Shown: positions 11,849-23,953, counted from the whole stretch's first letter. The stretch: 62,550 bases of DNA, filler included, from 7 parts of 7 records of this genome joined end to end with filler, not necessarily neighbours in it, one strand, 5' to 3'. The notes: generated by a model not told the origin, from the letters alone. Program-made: numbers and translations.

Positions 11849-12104
11849 AACCGAAGACATGCGCCCCGTGAAGGCGTGGTGCACGGAAGGCGAAGTGCAT
11901 GTCGCCCTCGCCGACGGGCGCACCATCTCTGCCCCGCTCTGGTGGTATCCCTTCCTTAACGGTCTTGATCAGGCCGGGCTGAACGATATCGAACTGATGT
12001 ATGAAGGCATCTGGTGGATACAGGTCGATGAAGGGATTTCGGTAAAGAGCATGTTCCTTGGGCGGAAGATGCCGGGGGCCAAAGAGCCCGAACGGGCGGC
12101 TTGA
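11829..12104 (+). CDS. DUF2442 protein (putative antitoxin)
   Basis: VALADGRTISAPLWWYPFL...GIWW..VDEGIS; overlaps DUF4160 gene by 20 nt. Confidence 0.88.
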   Translation: MASLEFETEDMRPVKAWCTEGEVHVALADGRTISAPLWWYPFLNGLDQAGLNDIELMYEGIWWIQVDEGISVKSMFLGRKMPGAKEPERAA

Positions 12105-12124
12105 TGGACGAGCCCCACCACTGG

Positions 12125-12155
12125 CGTCATGCTCGGGCTTGACCCGAGGATGAGG
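12125..12155. repeat. Rhizobiales REP-like palindrome
   Basis: CGTCATGCTCGGGCTTGACCCGAGGATGAGG hairpin. Confidence 0.7.
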
Positions 12156-12298
12156 TCGAGAGTCAGCGCCGGTGTTTGAAGGCAGAGCGAGATATTGCGT
12201 GTTAGATGAGTGACTGGAGCGGCGCAAAAATACTTCAGCAAAACTTCGTGATCTCGTAGATTGCGATCACGTTTCTAGCAGTGGCGTTGGGAAGAAAA

Positions 12299-12862
12299 AT
12301 GGACCTAGTAAATTTTGGAGCTGGGATAGCGGTCACTGTTGTTGGTGGGTTAGTGCTTTTCCTTTTAACGACCTTTGTATTTAACAGAAATTCGATCTGG
12401 TGGTCTCCCGATCTCCCTTCCACCTCCGGAATCAGAAATTTCTTATTTGATAAAACGGATGGCGAACGAACGCGAGCCGAATTTTCCCAAGCAAGTGCTT
12501 TGCTAAAAGTGAAAACGTGGTCTCAGGTTCGTGAGGTGACACTTCATATAAAAGGCGAAGGGGTGAATGTTACTGTTTACCCTAAAACGCCCTTCGATCT
12601 TACTTCTGATGGAGATAGGGCCAAGGTGATATTTCGATCCTTAGGCCCCGGTCAATATGCTGTTCACGCCTATAGTTTCTTACCATCTAGAACATTTCTT
12701 GAGTTCGAAGGCGTGGATGCCAATAACGCTGTAGCAATTAAGCGTCGCGAGCAAGATCGCGCATTTAATAGTATAAGCTGGGAGCTTATATTTTACAGAA
12801 TAATCGGCCTTTCTATGACTACAACTCTACTCGTTCGTTTGGTAACTCAAGGCGACCTCTAG
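12299..12862 (+). CDS. AT-rich orphan membrane protein
   Basis: Open 187 codons; hydrophobic helices at both ends; visibly lower GC than flanks. Confidence 0.65.
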   Translation: MDLVNFGAGIAVTVVGGLVLFLLTTFVFNRNSIWWSPDLPSTSGIRNFLFDKTDGERTRAEFSQASALLKVKTWSQVREVTLHIKGEGVNVTVYPKTPFDLTSDGDRAKVIFRSLGPGQYAVHAYSFLPSRTFLEFEGVDANNAVAIKRREQDRAFNSISWELIFYRIIGLSMTTTLLVRLVTQGDL

Positions 12863-12906
12863 GTCCTCCTTTTCTCCTGATCTCTTCAATATTTGGGAAT
12901 AAAATC

Positions 12907-15348
12907 ATGAAATTCACACTGTCCTGGTTGAAGAACCATCTGGAAACCGAGGCCTCGCTTGAGGAAATCTGCGAGCGGCTGACGACGATCGGGCTTGAGG
13001 TCGAGGCGGTCGATGACAAGGCGGCCTACAGGCCGTTCACCATCGCCAAGGTCATCGAGGCGAAGCAGCATCCCGATGCCGACCGGCTGCGGGTGCTGAC
13101 GGTTGACGGCGGGCCGGCGGTCAATGGCGGCAAGCCGCTGCAGATCGTCTGCGGCGCGCCGAATGCGCGTACCGGGCTTGTGGGCGCGCTGGCGCTGCCG
13201 GGGACCTATGTGCCGGGCATTGATGTCACGCTGTCGGTTGGCAAGATCCGCGGTGTCGAGAGCCAGGGCATGATGTGCTCGGAAAAAGAGCTCGACATGT
13301 CAGACAATCACGACGGCATCATCGACCTGCCCGACGATGCGCCGCTCGGCGCGTCCTTCGCCGCCTATGCCGGGCTCGATGATCCGGTCATCGAGATCAA
13401 CCTGACGCCGAACCGTCCGGATTGCACCAGCATTTTCGGCATCGCCCGCGATCTGGCCGCCTCCGGCCTCGGCACGCTGAAGACGCGGCCAGCGCCCTCT
13501 TTCAAGGCCGAGGGTGAAACCCCGGTCGGCCTGACGCTCGATTTCCCGGCGGAAGACAGGCATCTTTGCCCCGGCTTCGCGCTGCGTCTGGTGCGCGGCG
13601 TCAGGAACGGCCCGAGCCCGAAATGGATGCAGCAGCGCCTGATCGCGATCGGTCTTCGCCCGATCAACGCACTGGTCGACATCACCAACTACATGACCTT
13701 CGACCAGGGCCGGCCGATGCATGTCTTCGATGCCGCCAAGGTCAAGGGCGGCCTTGTCGTGCGCCGGGCAGAGGCGGGCGAGACGCTGCTGGCGCTGGAT
13801 GAGCGCGAGTATGAATTGAATCATGACAATGTCGTGATCGCCGATGACAATGGCGTCGAATCGATCGGCGGCATCATGGGCGGCGAGCATTCGGGCTGCG
13901 ATGAAAACACCACCGACGTGCTGATCGAATCGGCGCTGTGGGACCCGATGAACATCGCCCGCACCGGCCGCACGCTCGGCATCATCACCGATGCGCGCTA
14001 CCGTTTCGAGCGCGGCGTCGATCCGGAATATATGGCGCCGGGGCTGGAGCGCACCACCGAACTGGTGCTGGAACTCTGCGGCGGCGCGGCGGCGGAAGCC
14101 AAGGTCGAGGGCTATGAAGGCTATACGCCGAAGGTCATCGATTATCCGTTTTCCGAGGTCAAGCGCCTCACCGGGCTCGAAGTCTCTTCCGCCGAAAGCC
14201 GCGATATCCTTACCCGCCTTGGCTTTGCGGTTTCGGGCGAGGGCGAGCGGGCAAACGTTTCCGTGCCGTCCTGGCGGCCGGATGTCGAAGGCAAGGCGGA
14301 CCTCGTGGAAGAGGTGATGCGCATCCACGGCGTCGATGAAATCAAGCCGGAGCCGTTGCCGGCAACGGGCGCGGTGAATGAGAAGATCCTGACCACGCTG
14401 CAGATCCGCTCGCGCTCTGCCCGGCGCGAGCTTGCGGCACGCGGCATGCTGGAGGCGGTCACATGGTCGTTCATCCCGGAAGATCAGGCGAAGCTCTTCG
14501 GCGGCGGCGCGCCCGCGCTGAAGCTTTCCAATCCGATTGCCGCCGATATGTCGGATATGCGGCCCTCGCTGCTGCCCGGCCTGCTGACGGCCGCGCGCCG
14601 CAATGCGGCCATCGGCCACGGCGATATCGCGCTGTTCGAGGTTGCCGCCACCTATGAGAACGACACGCCGGAAGGCCAGCGCCGCGTTGCCGGCGGCATC
14701 CGCCGCGGCACGGCGACGCTTTCCGGTTCGGGACGGATGTGGTCGAACACGGAGACCGGCGCCGGGCGCGCCGTCGGCGTGTTCGATGCCAAGGCCGATG
14801 CCCTGGCGGTGCTGGAGGCCTGCGGCCTGCCGATGGGCAATGTCCAGATCGTCGCCGGCGGTCCGGACTGGTATCATCCCGGCCGCTCGGGAACCATCAA
14901 GATGGGCCCCAAGATCGTGCTCGGCCATTTCGGCGAATTCCATCCCAAGGTGCTGGAAGCGCTCGATGTCTCCGGCAGGCTTGCCGGCTTCGAGGTGTTC
15001 ATCGATGCCATGCCGGAGCCGAAGAAGAAGCCGACCCGCACCAAGCCGGCGCTGACGCTGTCGCCGTTCCAGGCCGTTACCCGCGACTTCGCCTTCGTGG
15101 TCGACCGGAAGGTGGAGGCTGGCGCGATCGAACGGGCGGCTGCGGGCGCCGACCGCAAGCTGATCACCGGCGTCACCGTCTTCGACGTTTTCGAGGGCGC
15201 TTCGCTCGGCGAGGGCAAGAAATCGGTCGCGATCGAAGTCGCGATCCAGCCCGCCGAGCGCACGCTGACGGATGAGGATTTCGATGCGCTGATGAAGAAG
15301 GTGATCGCCAATGTCGAGAAGTCGACGGGGGGCATGATCCGGGCATAG
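12907..15348 (+). CDS. pheT: Phenylalanine-tRNA ligase beta subunit
   Basis: [43 protein letters not shown]. Confidence 0.99.
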   Translation: MKFTLSWLKNHLETEASLEEICERLTTIGLEVEAVDDKAAYRPFTIAKVIEAKQHPDADRLRVLTVDGGPAVNGGKPLQIVCGAPNARTGLVGALALPGTYVPGIDVTLSVGKIRGVESQGMMCSEKELDMSDNHDGIIDLPDDAPLGASFAAYAGLDDPVIEINLTPNRPDCTSIFGIARDLAASGLGTLKTRPAPSFKAEGETPVGLTLDFPAEDRHLCPGFALRLVRGVRNGPSPKWMQQRLIAIGLRPINALVDITNYMTFDQGRPMHVFDAAKVKGGLVVRRAEAGETLLALDEREYELNHDNVVIADDNGVESIGGIMGGEHSGCDENTTDVLIESALWDPMNIARTGRTLGIITDARYRFERGVDPEYMAPGLERTTELVLELCGGAAAEAKVEGYEGYTPKVIDYPFSEVKRLTGLEVSSAESRDILTRLGFAVSGEGERANVSVPSWRPDVEGKADLVEEVMRIHGVDEIKPEPLPATGAVNEKILTTLQIRSRSARRELAARGMLEAVTWSFIPEDQAKLFGGGAPALKLSNPIAADMSDMRPSLLPGLLTAARRNAAIGHGDIALFEVAATYENDTPEGQRRVAGGIRRGTATLSGSGRMWSNTETGAGRAVGVFDAKADALAVLEACGLPMGNVQIVAGGPDWYHPGRSGTIKMGPKIVLGHFGEFHPKVLEALDVSGRLAGFEVFIDAMPEPKKKPTRTKPALTLSPFQAVTRDFAFVVDRKVEAGAIERAAAGADRKLITGVTVFDVFEGASLGEGKKSVAIEVAIQPAERTLTDEDFDALMKKVIANVEKSTGGMIRA

Positions 15349-15459
15349 GGAGACCGTCCGGCCTTTTCTGGCGGGAGCTGCGGTCATCTGTCTCCCGCCC
15401 AAGCCTTGCCGCATCGCGCCGCCGCTCCTATAACCGGGGAAACAATCGTGGAGACACCG

Positions 15460-16212
15460 ATGACCGAGGCTTCCGGCAAGACGACGATCGATGACGCACA
15501 GGTCGAGTGGTTCTCGAAGATGGCGGCGGAATGGTGGGACCCGCGCGGAAAATTCAAGCCGCTGCACAAGTTCAATCCGGTCCGCATCAGCTATATCCGC
15601 GAGAAGGCCTGCGGCCATTTCGGCCTGGACGAGAAATCCGCCCGCCCTCTGGAAGGGCTTCGTGTCCTCGATGTCGGCTGCGGCGGCGGGCTTCTGGCGG
15701 AACCGATGGCGCGCATGGGCGCAAGCGTCGTCGGCATCGATCCCGCCGAGAAGAATATCGGGATTGCAACCACCCATGCCGCTGAGACCGGCGTATCGGT
15801 CGATTACCGCGCCACCACGGCGGAAGCGCTTGCCGAGGCCGGGGAAAGCTTCGATATCGTGCTCAACATGGAAGTTGTCGAGCACGTCGCCGATGTCGAT
15901 TTTTTCCTGACGACCTGTTCGTCACTGGTGAAACCCGGCGGCATGATGTTCGTTGCCACCATCAACCGCACGCTGAAGGCCGGGGCGCTGGCGATCTTTG
16001 CCGCCGAGCGGGTGTTGCGCTGGCTGCCGCCCGGCACCCATCAGTATGAAAAGCTGGTGCGTCCGGAGGAAATCGAGACGCCGCTGAAAGCCTCGGGGAT
16101 GACGCCCGTGGAACGCCAGGGCGTGTTCTTCAATCCGCTGACCGACAGCTGGAACCGCTCGAAGGACACCGACGTCAATTACATGGTGCTGGCGGTGAAG
16201 CCGGAGGCCTGA
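15460..16212 (+). CDS. ubiG: Ubiquinone biosynthesis O-methyltransferase
   Basis: [33 protein letters not shown]. Confidence 0.96.
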   Translation: MTEASGKTTIDDAQVEWFSKMAAEWWDPRGKFKPLHKFNPVRISYIREKACGHFGLDEKSARPLEGLRVLDVGCGGGLLAEPMARMGASVVGIDPAEKNIGIATTHAAETGVSVDYRATTAEALAEAGESFDIVLNMEVVEHVADVDFFLTTCSSLVKPGGMMFVATINRTLKAGALAIFAAERVLRWLPPGTHQYEKLVRPEEIETPLKASGMTPVERQGVFFNPLTDSWNRSKDTDVNYMVLAVKPEA

Positions 16213-16241
16213 TCAGGTCGCGGCTTTTGCGCGGCGTGGGA

Positions 16242-16772
16242 TCAGTTGAACACTTCGTTCGGATAGACGCCCCAGATGTCCTTCTGGTGCATATAGCCCT
16301 TGACGCCCTTCACCTGCAGCTCGCACCAGGTGCCGTCGCATTCGTCCAGGTTAACGATCACGCCCGGTTCCACGCTTGCGACATCGCGCGCCGAATCGTC
16401 CTTGCCGGCCTTCAGCGCCAGAAAGGTCTCGCCGTCGGTGCCGTTGCGCAACCAGGGCGCGACCATGGCATTGCGCTGCGAGGACAGTACGGAGACATGC
16501 ATCCAGCCCTCGGTGCCGTCGGCATCGCGCACCTGCCGCCAGACGCTGTATTCCTCGGTGATCTCGACGGGAAGGCCGGGGCGTTTGTAGATCCATTTGG
16601 TGGCGTAGTTGAAGCCGGGGCCGACGCGCATGCGGGCCCTGTCGGGCTTGACCATCGCAAAACGCGGCAGCGGCCCGCCCGAAGCGCCCTTGCGCTCGGT
16701 CTGCGCCATCGCCGGTTCCAGCATGGCGAAGACAAGCAATGTGCAGATCAGCAATCTTGCCAGACGACGCAT
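16242..16772 (-). CDS. Exported tandem bacterial SH3-domain protein
   Basis: Signal peptide; PLPRF, RVGPG..Y, WRQVRDADGTEGW, IWGVYP. Confidence 0.9.
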   Translation of the reverse strand: MRRLARLLICTLLVFAMLEPAMAQTERKGASGGPLPRFAMVKPDRARMRVGPGFNYATKWIYKRPGLPVEITEEYSVWRQVRDADGTEGWMHVSVLSSQRNAMVAPWLRNGTDGETFLALKAGKDDSARDVASVEPGVIVNLDECDGTWCELQVKGVKGYMHQKDIWGVYPNEVFN

Positions 16773-16971
16773 ATGACCTCTTCGAATGCCGTTTCTCCGG
16801 CCTTGTCTTGTTCTATTGGCACGTGGCCATGTCCTGGGGCTGTGCGCGTGCCCCTTCGTCGAGGGATTTACGCGTCCGAAGCGGTTTTCGACACGGGAAG
16901 AACCGCTTCAGGTGGAAAAGCGCCCTCATTATGTGCATTATCGCCCGACATGATTAATGAGCTGTTAACCG

Positions 16972-17979
16972 ATGAATAACCCCAGAAAACCTGTTGTCGT
17001 CGTCACCCGCAAACTGCCCGATCCGGTGGAGGCGCGGATGGGTGAACTGTTCAGCGTCGAACTGAACCTCGAGGACCGGCCGCTTTCACGCGCAAAACTC
17101 GCCGATGCCATGGCGAGGGCCGACGTGCTGGTGCCGACGCTGACCGACACCATCGATGCCGCGCTGATCGGCAAGGCCGGTCCGAACCTGAAACTGATCG
17201 CGAGTTTTTCCAACGGCATCGACAATGTCGATGTCGATGCCGCCGCCCGGAAGGGAATCACCGTTACCAACACCCCCAATGTGTTGACCGAGGACACCGC
17301 CGACATGACCATGGCGCTGGTGCTGGCGGTGCCCCGCAGGCTTGCCGAGGGCGCGCGGCTGCTCGCCGGCAACCAACCGGACAGCTGGCAGGGCTGGAGC
17401 CCGACATGGATGCTCGGAAGGCGGATCTGGGGCAAGCGGCTCGGCATTGTCGGCATGGGGCGGATCGGCACGGCGGTCGCGCGCCGGGCAAAGGCGTTCG
17501 GGCTTTCCGTGAACTACCACAACCGTCACCGCGTCAATCCGGAAACCGAAGCCGAGCTGGAGGCGACCTATTGGGACAGTCTCGACCAGATGCTCGCCCG
17601 CGTCGATATCGTGTCGGTCAACTGCCCGTCGACGCCGGCCACCTATCACCTGGTCTCGGCCCGTCGGCTGGCGCTGCTGAGGCCCGAGGCCTATATCGTC
17701 AACACCGCGCGCGGCGACGTGATCGACGAGGCGGCGATGATCCGCTGCCTGGAGGAAGACCGGATCGCGGGGGCCGGGCTCGATGTGTTCGAGAACGAAC
17801 CGGCGATCAATCCGCGGCTCCTGGAACTCGCCAAAGCGGGCAAGGCCGTGCTGCTGCCGCATATGGGCTCGGCCACGCTCGAAAGCCGGATCGATATGGG
17901 TGACAAGGTGATCATCAATATCCGCACCTTTTTCGACGGTCACCGCCCACCCAACCGGGTGCTGCCAGGGCGGATCTGA
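16972..17979 (+). CDS. D-2-hydroxyacid dehydrogenase (glyoxylate reductase/D-glycerate dehydrogenase)
   Basis: NTPNVLTEDTAD, GIVGMGRIG, NTARG, LLPHMGSAT. Confidence 0.95.
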   Translation: MNNPRKPVVVVTRKLPDPVEARMGELFSVELNLEDRPLSRAKLADAMARADVLVPTLTDTIDAALIGKAGPNLKLIASFSNGIDNVDVDAAARKGITVTNTPNVLTEDTADMTMALVLAVPRRLAEGARLLAGNQPDSWQGWSPTWMLGRRIWGKRLGIVGMGRIGTAVARRAKAFGLSVNYHNRHRVNPETEAELEATYWDSLDQMLARVDIVSVNCPSTPATYHLVSARRLALLRPEAYIVNTARGDVIDEAAMIRCLEEDRIAGAGLDVFENEPAINPRLLELAKAGKAVLLPHMGSATLESRIDMGDKVIINIRTFFDGHRPPNRVLPGRI

Positions 17980-17985
17980 AGCGCT

Positions 17986-18540
17986 TCAGCCGACAACCTT
18001 CAGCCGCATGCCCACCCGCAGATGGGGCAGCAGAACGCGCATCGCCTCAGGCGCGATCGCCACGCATCCGGCGGTCGGCGAAAAATCCGGGCGGGCGATG
18101 TGGAAGAACACGGCAGAGCCGAGATTGCGGGCGCGCGAGCGCATGTTCCAGTCCATCACGACTACGAGGTCGTAAATGCCGTCGTCGCGTTGCAGGCGTT
18201 CATGGCTCGCAGCGAAGGGCAGGCGGACGGGGCGGTTATAATTCGGCGAGGCCGGTGCATCGCACCAGCCATTATCGGCCCTGGTCGCCATGAGCCCCAG
18301 CCCGGAACGCGGCCAGCCTTGCCGATGCCTTGCATCGCGGTAACCGTAAAGCAGCGCCATTGCGGCGATCGGCGTCCTGCCGTCGCCCTCGCGCTTGAAG
18401 GCCGTCATGCCGTTCCGGCCGATTGCAGCCCGGAAGCGGAGCGGGCCGAAGGCAAGAATCGCGCGGTGGGCGGGACCCGGCGCGCGACGCACCACGATCA
18501 CGCCTCGTGTTTTCATCGCTGAACGGCTGGTTTTCTTCAC
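17986..18540 (-). CDS. L,D-transpeptidase (YkuD-like) family protein
   Basis: KREGDGRTP, WCDAP, GSAVFFH...PTAGCVA. Confidence 0.88.
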   Translation of the reverse strand: MKKTSRSAMKTRGVIVVRRAPGPAHRAILAFGPLRFRAAIGRNGMTAFKREGDGRTPIAAMALLYGYRDARHRQGWPRSGLGLMATRADNGWCDAPASPNYNRPVRLPFAASHERLQRDDGIYDLVVVMDWNMRSRARNLGSAVFFHIARPDFSPTAGCVAIAPEAMRVLLPHLRVGMRLKVVG

Positions 18541-18561
18541 TTTTTTTTGCTTTGTACGTGA

Positions 18562-18661
18562 NNNNNNNNNNNNNNNNNNNNNNNNNNNNNNNNNNNNNNN
18601 NNNNNTTAATTAATTAANNNNNNNNNNNNNNNNNNNNNNNNNNNNNNNNNNNNNNNNNNNN
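18562..18661. other. Artificial contig spacer
   Basis: N44-TTAATTAATTAA-N44. Confidence 0.99.
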
Positions 18662-18663
18662 CC

Positions 18664-19473
18664 TCCCCTACTACTACTAATGATAATGTAGATGCTGACA
18701 CATCTGAGCAGCAATCCTCCTCCTCGTCGAATTGTTTCGGTGCTGCATTGCTGGAGGCTCTCGATAGTAGTGTCGTAAAGGAGGAGCTGCTGGCAACCCA
18801 AATCAGCTACTTTACTACGCAACACGCCGCACTTGTCTCAGAGCTCCAACATATTGGTGAAACGCTAAGCCCCGATATGCTCGATTCTGTTGAGTCGATG
18901 CGGAAGTCGGCAGTAGTTCTTGAGGGAGTATTTGCTAGAATTGACATTTTAGACAATTTGTTGGTGTTGATTTCGAAGGTGGCGGTAGGGCCTGTAGCTG
19001 CGGCTGTGAAGGGGGTGCACGCTCCAAGAGATATCAAGGGAAAGGCTACCTCAGTACTTCGGAGCCTTGGCTTTAAAAGTAAGTCCATGGAGGACGATGC
19101 GACAGGCGCCATCTGGTCCCGCATCCCCCCTACTATTAGTGTCAGCTGTGCAACCGTTCCTGATAGAATATTCTCTAGCTCTTCCATTGCTGCAGAGGTG
19201 GCAATTCCAGTAGCAGCTGCAGCCTCTGGAAGTGGTGGAAATGGTGATGGGGAAATGATGTATGAGAAGCCCAACCAGCTGTCAGTAGGGGAGTACAAGA
19301 GCATAATCACGGCCATTTTCGATGAATATCATGAAAAGATGGAAATGCTTGAGGCACGTATTCAGGTCGAAGCGGCTGCTACTGTTGTAGAAGGTGAGAG
19401 CAATAATAATGGGGGGGATGGAAACACCAACACAGATACAGCATCAAACGTTGAAGGTATCGCCGCCGAGTAG
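18664..19473 (+). CDS. Hypothetical eukaryotic helical protein (5' partial)
   Basis: Frame open from contig edge to TAG; AT-rich UTR follows. Confidence 0.65.
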   Translation, partial: SPTTTNDNVDADTSEQQSSSSSNCFGAALLEALDSSVVKEELLATQISYFTTQHAALVSELQHIGETLSPDMLDSVESMRKSAVVLEGVFARIDILDNLLVLISKVAVGPVAAAVKGVHAPRDIKGKATSVLRSLGFKSKSMEDDATGAIWSRIPPTISVSCATVPDRIFSSSSIAAEVAIPVAAAASGSGGNGDGEMMYEKPNQLSVGEYKSIITAIFDEYHEKMEMLEARIQVEAAATVVEGESNNNGGDGNTNTDTASNVEGIAAE

Positions 19474-19643
19474 GAGGACTGTTGTTTACAACAACAGCAA
19501 CAACATTATTTAATATTTGCTCCATTTTGATTGATTCGTTGAAGAAGTGGCCCCAATAAGGTATGTACCGTTCAATGTTAAAACATTCCTCATCCCTACA
19601 CTTTTTAATGTAATTTTAACAATATTTAGATTTCAGCACAAAA

Positions 19644-20846
19644 ATGATCGCATCCCCAAAAGTGATACCCCCTAGAGCTGGATCCACCCATCACCACCAT
19701 GCCTCAAAGGTCTACTACCGCTCCGAGTCCCGCACCAGCCCCGAGCCCAACGCCCCCCTCCAGTCGACCCCACTACCTCTCTCTGCACCCCTCAAGCACC
19801 TGGGGCAGAAAGCTGGTAGCAGCAACAGTGGTAGGGGTCGATCAAGCTCGGCTGTTGTGGTGCGACAGCAGCTTCAGGATCTTGCCGTTCGCCTGCACTC
19901 CTCTCAGGAGCGAGAGAATGAAGCTCTTGGTAAACTACTAACTGGTTTGGGGCACATGGTACCAACTGACGACCATGGGAGTGTTGCTAACAACACCAGT
20001 CTAGACACCACCACTACTTCATCAATTGTAGGTGCCTCCCATCGTCTCCAAAGCAACAAGCTGGCTGTGGTGGAGACTAGTGGATCGTCTAATCACAGCC
20101 ACTCATCATCTCGACGCCACCACCACGAGGGAGGTGTATCAGAGAGCCCCGTGGTTGTACGACAACAGCACCAACATCACCATCAACAACAATCATCCCC
20201 TCACAGTAGCAGTCGTGTGTCGTCTTCCCTGTCTCGAGCATCTACCCCCTCCGTCCGTGTCCAACAGCAGCACGCATTAGAGCGGAGCAGCAGTGACTTC
20301 CACTCTGTACATGTAGTCGATGGACAACAGCATGTCCAAGTGCAACCCTCAGTATTCCATGAGCTGGTGGAAGAGAATGATGCCCTTCGTCAGGAGGTAG
20401 CTAAATATAGGGAGCGGTCGGAGGCACAACAGGATCACATTAACCGACTCCTCATGTGTATCAATAAGTATGAGGCTACCACTGTTACTCCTGTTCGGCG
20501 GCACTCCACCCGGCGGAACACCCGCCACGCTACAACTACTACTCCCCTGTCGGAGGAGGCATCCCCTCGTTACGCCACCCACACTACCAGTAGCCTGTAC
20601 CGGCGTGGTCCTACCCACGACAGTGACCGCACAGCCCATAGCGCATCCAACTCCCATCACCAAGAAGTAGGAGGCGCGTCGTCATCTTACCACGACCCCA
20701 ACACCCCACACTCCTCCCTCCGTGCCACACCCCCCAACCCCCGCCGCCATCTCCACCACAACCCACTTCTTAGTGAGAGTACCTTGGAGCTCCTGCGTAT
20801 GGCCGAGATGCGTGTGGCAGACGGATCCTCCTTCATGAGCCCCTAA
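19644..20846 (+). CDS. Ser/His-rich low-complexity protein with short coiled coil
   Basis: 400-aa intronless ORF; LVEENDALRQEVAKYRE heptads. Confidence 0.7.
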   Translation: MIASPKVIPPRAGSTHHHHASKVYYRSESRTSPEPNAPLQSTPLPLSAPLKHLGQKAGSSNSGRGRSSSAVVVRQQLQDLAVRLHSSQERENEALGKLLTGLGHMVPTDDHGSVANNTSLDTTTTSSIVGASHRLQSNKLAVVETSGSSNHSHSSSRRHHHEGGVSESPVVVRQQHQHHHQQQSSPHSSSRVSSSLSRASTPSVRVQQQHALERSSSDFHSVHVVDGQQHVQVQPSVFHELVEENDALRQEVAKYRERSEAQQDHINRLLMCINKYEATTVTPVRRHSTRRNTRHATTTTPLSEEASPRYATHTTSSLYRRGPTHDSDRTAHSASNSHHQEVGGASSSYHDPNTPHSSLRATPPNPRRHLHHNPLLSESTLELLRMAEMRVADGSSFMSP

Positions 20847-21030
20847 ACACCGAACACAGACTGACCCTCTAAATCATTAGACACCACCCTATTCAATTTT
20901 TAGATACCACCTTTCGTTGTTACAACAATTTATTTAGAATATTCCTGTTTTGATACGAATATTTTTGTGTAGAGCGATGTTACATTTTATCACTCCCCTC
21001 GTCATAATTAGGCAATAATACAGTAATAAA

Positions 21031-21816
21031 ATGCTTCGAAGGAGTGTAAGGGTACTGTGCCCGAAGACACCCTCCACCGCTGCTGGCACCGCCGCCGCTC
21101 CTGGTGCATCCACCACTGACGCCCCTCCTGCCCGTACCCGCCTCTCGGGTGCCGAAGTCGCCGCTAGCTTCCTAGGAACTATCAAAAACCGCCGCATCAT
21201 CACCGAGCCCGAGCAATCAGAATCCGCTTCCCCAGCAGCAGCTGCAGCTACACCTCCCCCCACCACTCCCGCAGCCTCTGCTACAGATGCCGCAGCTACC
21301 CCCGTTGCTGCTATCCCCTCCGACCGTCTGCAGGCTCTCTTCGCATCCCGTAGGAGTCCAAAGAATCTGTACTCCCAAGGCATGCACAGTGACACACTAT
21401 CCGACCACCCCGTCACGATGAAGATGGCACGAGATGAGCTCTCCTACAAGCAGCGAAAACTCGTCGAGCGAGGCCAATTCGAGAAGGCTGTGGATGTCGA
21501 AGAAAAACTGGAAAGTAATGATGCCGCAGGTAAAAGTGGCTCCGAGGCCAATGAGTACCGTTGGGTTATCTTCTTCCTAATGTTGGGGTACATTACCGCC
21601 CACTTCGCTGTTTTCAACTACTACTACCCTGGCGATATGCGACTCTCATATGACCCCAAGAAGGGCTATATTGAGGATATTGAACGCAAGGAGGAGACCC
21701 TTATGCAGCTCGATACTCTCATCCAGAACAAGGTATTGCACTATACTTTTAACACCAAGAGGGCGGCTGCCAAGAGCAAGGCACAGAAGCACTACGAAGG
21801 CCTCCTTCAAAAGTAA
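21031..21816 (+). CDS. Putative mitochondrial single-pass membrane protein
   Basis: MLRRSVRVL kinetoplastid-type presequence; TM segment WVIFFLMLGYITAHFAVF. Confidence 0.7.
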   Translation: MLRRSVRVLCPKTPSTAAGTAAAPGASTTDAPPARTRLSGAEVAASFLGTIKNRRIITEPEQSESASPAAAAATPPPTTPAASATDAAATPVAAIPSDRLQALFASRRSPKNLYSQGMHSDTLSDHPVTMKMARDELSYKQRKLVERGQFEKAVDVEEKLESNDAAGKSGSEANEYRWVIFFLMLGYITAHFAVFNYYYPGDMRLSYDPKKGYIEDIERKEETLMQLDTLIQNKVLHYTFNTKRAAAKSKAQKHYEGLLQK

Positions 21817-22125
21817 AAAATATCATAGTAGCAACAGTTATTGTGTGTGATGATGTGGCATCATATCCCGAACCAATTGTAGTAAATTTTTAAAACACAT
21901 CAACGTTTCCAATTTGAATGTTTTAAAGTAAAATATGATTTAATGCTTTTGGACCGATTCGGTGTTATATTTTTCTTCCTTTCTAAACCCCCTTCAATTT
22001 TCAGAACCCTAGCTATATCCTCTCTGTTTTTAAACTAAGTATTTTCTTTTAGAATACTAGTTTAGCTCTTCACTAGAGGACCCAAAACTACACACTTTAA
22101 AATAAACTAAATATTATTAAATCAT

Positions 22126-23853
22126 ATGGAGTGGATTACAACCTTCAACGAGGCTGTCGATGCACTCGTCGCAACCGGCAACAAGGAGGCATCTGTCTAC
22201 CTCGAGGACGGTCTCGTGTCCATTCCCCCTAACCTCATCGGCCCCAACAGCAACCCATCGGAACTATTTGATTGGCTCCAAGGTCGGGTGAGGAACACCT
22301 TTACCCCACTACTCTCTAAGATGTGTGAGGACTACTACAATGCTGCTGGCCAACAGCAACACGCCTTCCAATCCCCTCAGGCCCCTGCCACCATCTGCTC
22401 CCAGCGTATCACCCTAGCAGCACTACTAGTATCGAAGTGGACGATGAAGAGTCTCCCTACTGTCATATCGTCACTTGTAGCAGCCTGTCAATCTCAACAA
22501 CAGCAACAAGGCAGTGGTGGTGGTGCGGTGATGTCGGCCCTGAAGTCAGTATTAGACCTTCTCTCGGAACTTCTGGATGCCCTCTCCAACACAATCAGGC
22601 ACTACGTATTCACAAATGCGAAACTACAAGCACATAGAGTAATTACAGATCAATCCAGTCACATGACGGAGAAGGTCCGAGAGCACTCAGTCAGGGACGC
22701 CTTTAAAAATATTGTCCAGATTCCAACATTATCTCCTGTTACGGTATTACTACGAGCATACTGTGCCACCTATGTACTACGGTTCGATCTAGTGGAGAGG
22801 CATCATTTCGAATCTCGTAGCAGCAATACATCGTCATCGGCATCCTTCTCCGAGACCATCGCTTCCCTTGATCACAATCCCGCCTACGCCGCCGCAATAG
22901 ATGCCGCTGCTGATAATGGGGATGAGAGCTGTCGGAGGCTCACATCGGTGCTCACCACATTGATGTCAGTGAGGGGGTCGTTGACGGATTTGTTCCGTTG
23001 TTTATCGGAGGATCTGTTCGACATCATACACACCACTTCTTCCCCTGAGGGAGTATCCGCCGGACTTGACACTGAAGTAATCCAACCCCTCTTCAACAAC
23101 AACAGATTGGATGGCACCAATGCCTTGACCCTGGCATTGTTTCAACGACCCAACACCACCACTGCTACTACTACTGGTGAAGTGTCCTTCTCCTCATCGT
23201 GTTGCGCACAGGCACTTTTCGCAAATCTACTGTCGTCGGGAGTGAAGGAGGTGGTTGCGTTGGTGTCCACTACTACAGATGCCTTTGCTGTGCCCCCAGC
23301 ACTTCGATCGCGTATAAGAGTATCCCTTGGCACGACCCTCATCTCCCCCACATCTGTCGTACAAGAAAATCTTGGAATATCTCTCTCGGAGCTTCTGAAT
23401 CCAAATGATGATATTGTGCAAAGGTTGTGTGTTGCTGCCTCACAGAGCGCATCGTACACCTCCTCTATCACCGAGGAGCAGCTTCATCAACTCTTTACAT
23501 CCCTATCCTCTGTCAGGGCCATTATTATCGAAGAGACCGCATTGTACCGCGCAACAACCCCCTCATCCCCCTCAACTAATAATGGTGAAAATAGGTGCTA
23601 CTTTAGGGCAAATGAGCAGCATTCGTCGATTCTGTGCGCGTTGCTGGAGTGTGCATCCAAGACGTTAGTAACACTCTTTCACAACCACCAACAGGATGGG
23701 GTGTCGTCTCAGGCGGCCCTCTTCGAGTTCTATACCCAGATCACATCTGTCGTGAGCAGCATCATTGGATCCCTTGTGGAGAACGGTGGTGGTTGCACCT
23801 CATCCGCCATGGTCGTTGGGTCCAGCAACAACAACAATAGTAATAATAATAAT
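22126..23853 (+). CDS. Hypothetical protein (3' partial)
   Basis: Long intronless ORF running into an (AAC/AAT)n tract at the contig end. Confidence 0.7.
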
Positions 23854-23953
23854 NNNNNNNNNNNNNNNNNNNNNNNNNNNNNNNNNNNNNNNNNNNNTTA
23901 ATTAATTAANNNNNNNNNNNNNNNNNNNNNNNNNNNNNNNNNNNNNNNNNNNN
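23854..23953. other. Artificial contig spacer
   Basis: N44-TTAATTAATTAA-N44. Confidence 0.99.

Noticed and set aside
13300-15885. 861-aa minus-strand ORF
   Set aside because: Antisense shadow of pheT/ubiG caused by GC codon bias
18748-19000. Weak resemblance to a BLOC-1 subunit
   Set aside because: Only a short helical similarity; too weak to call
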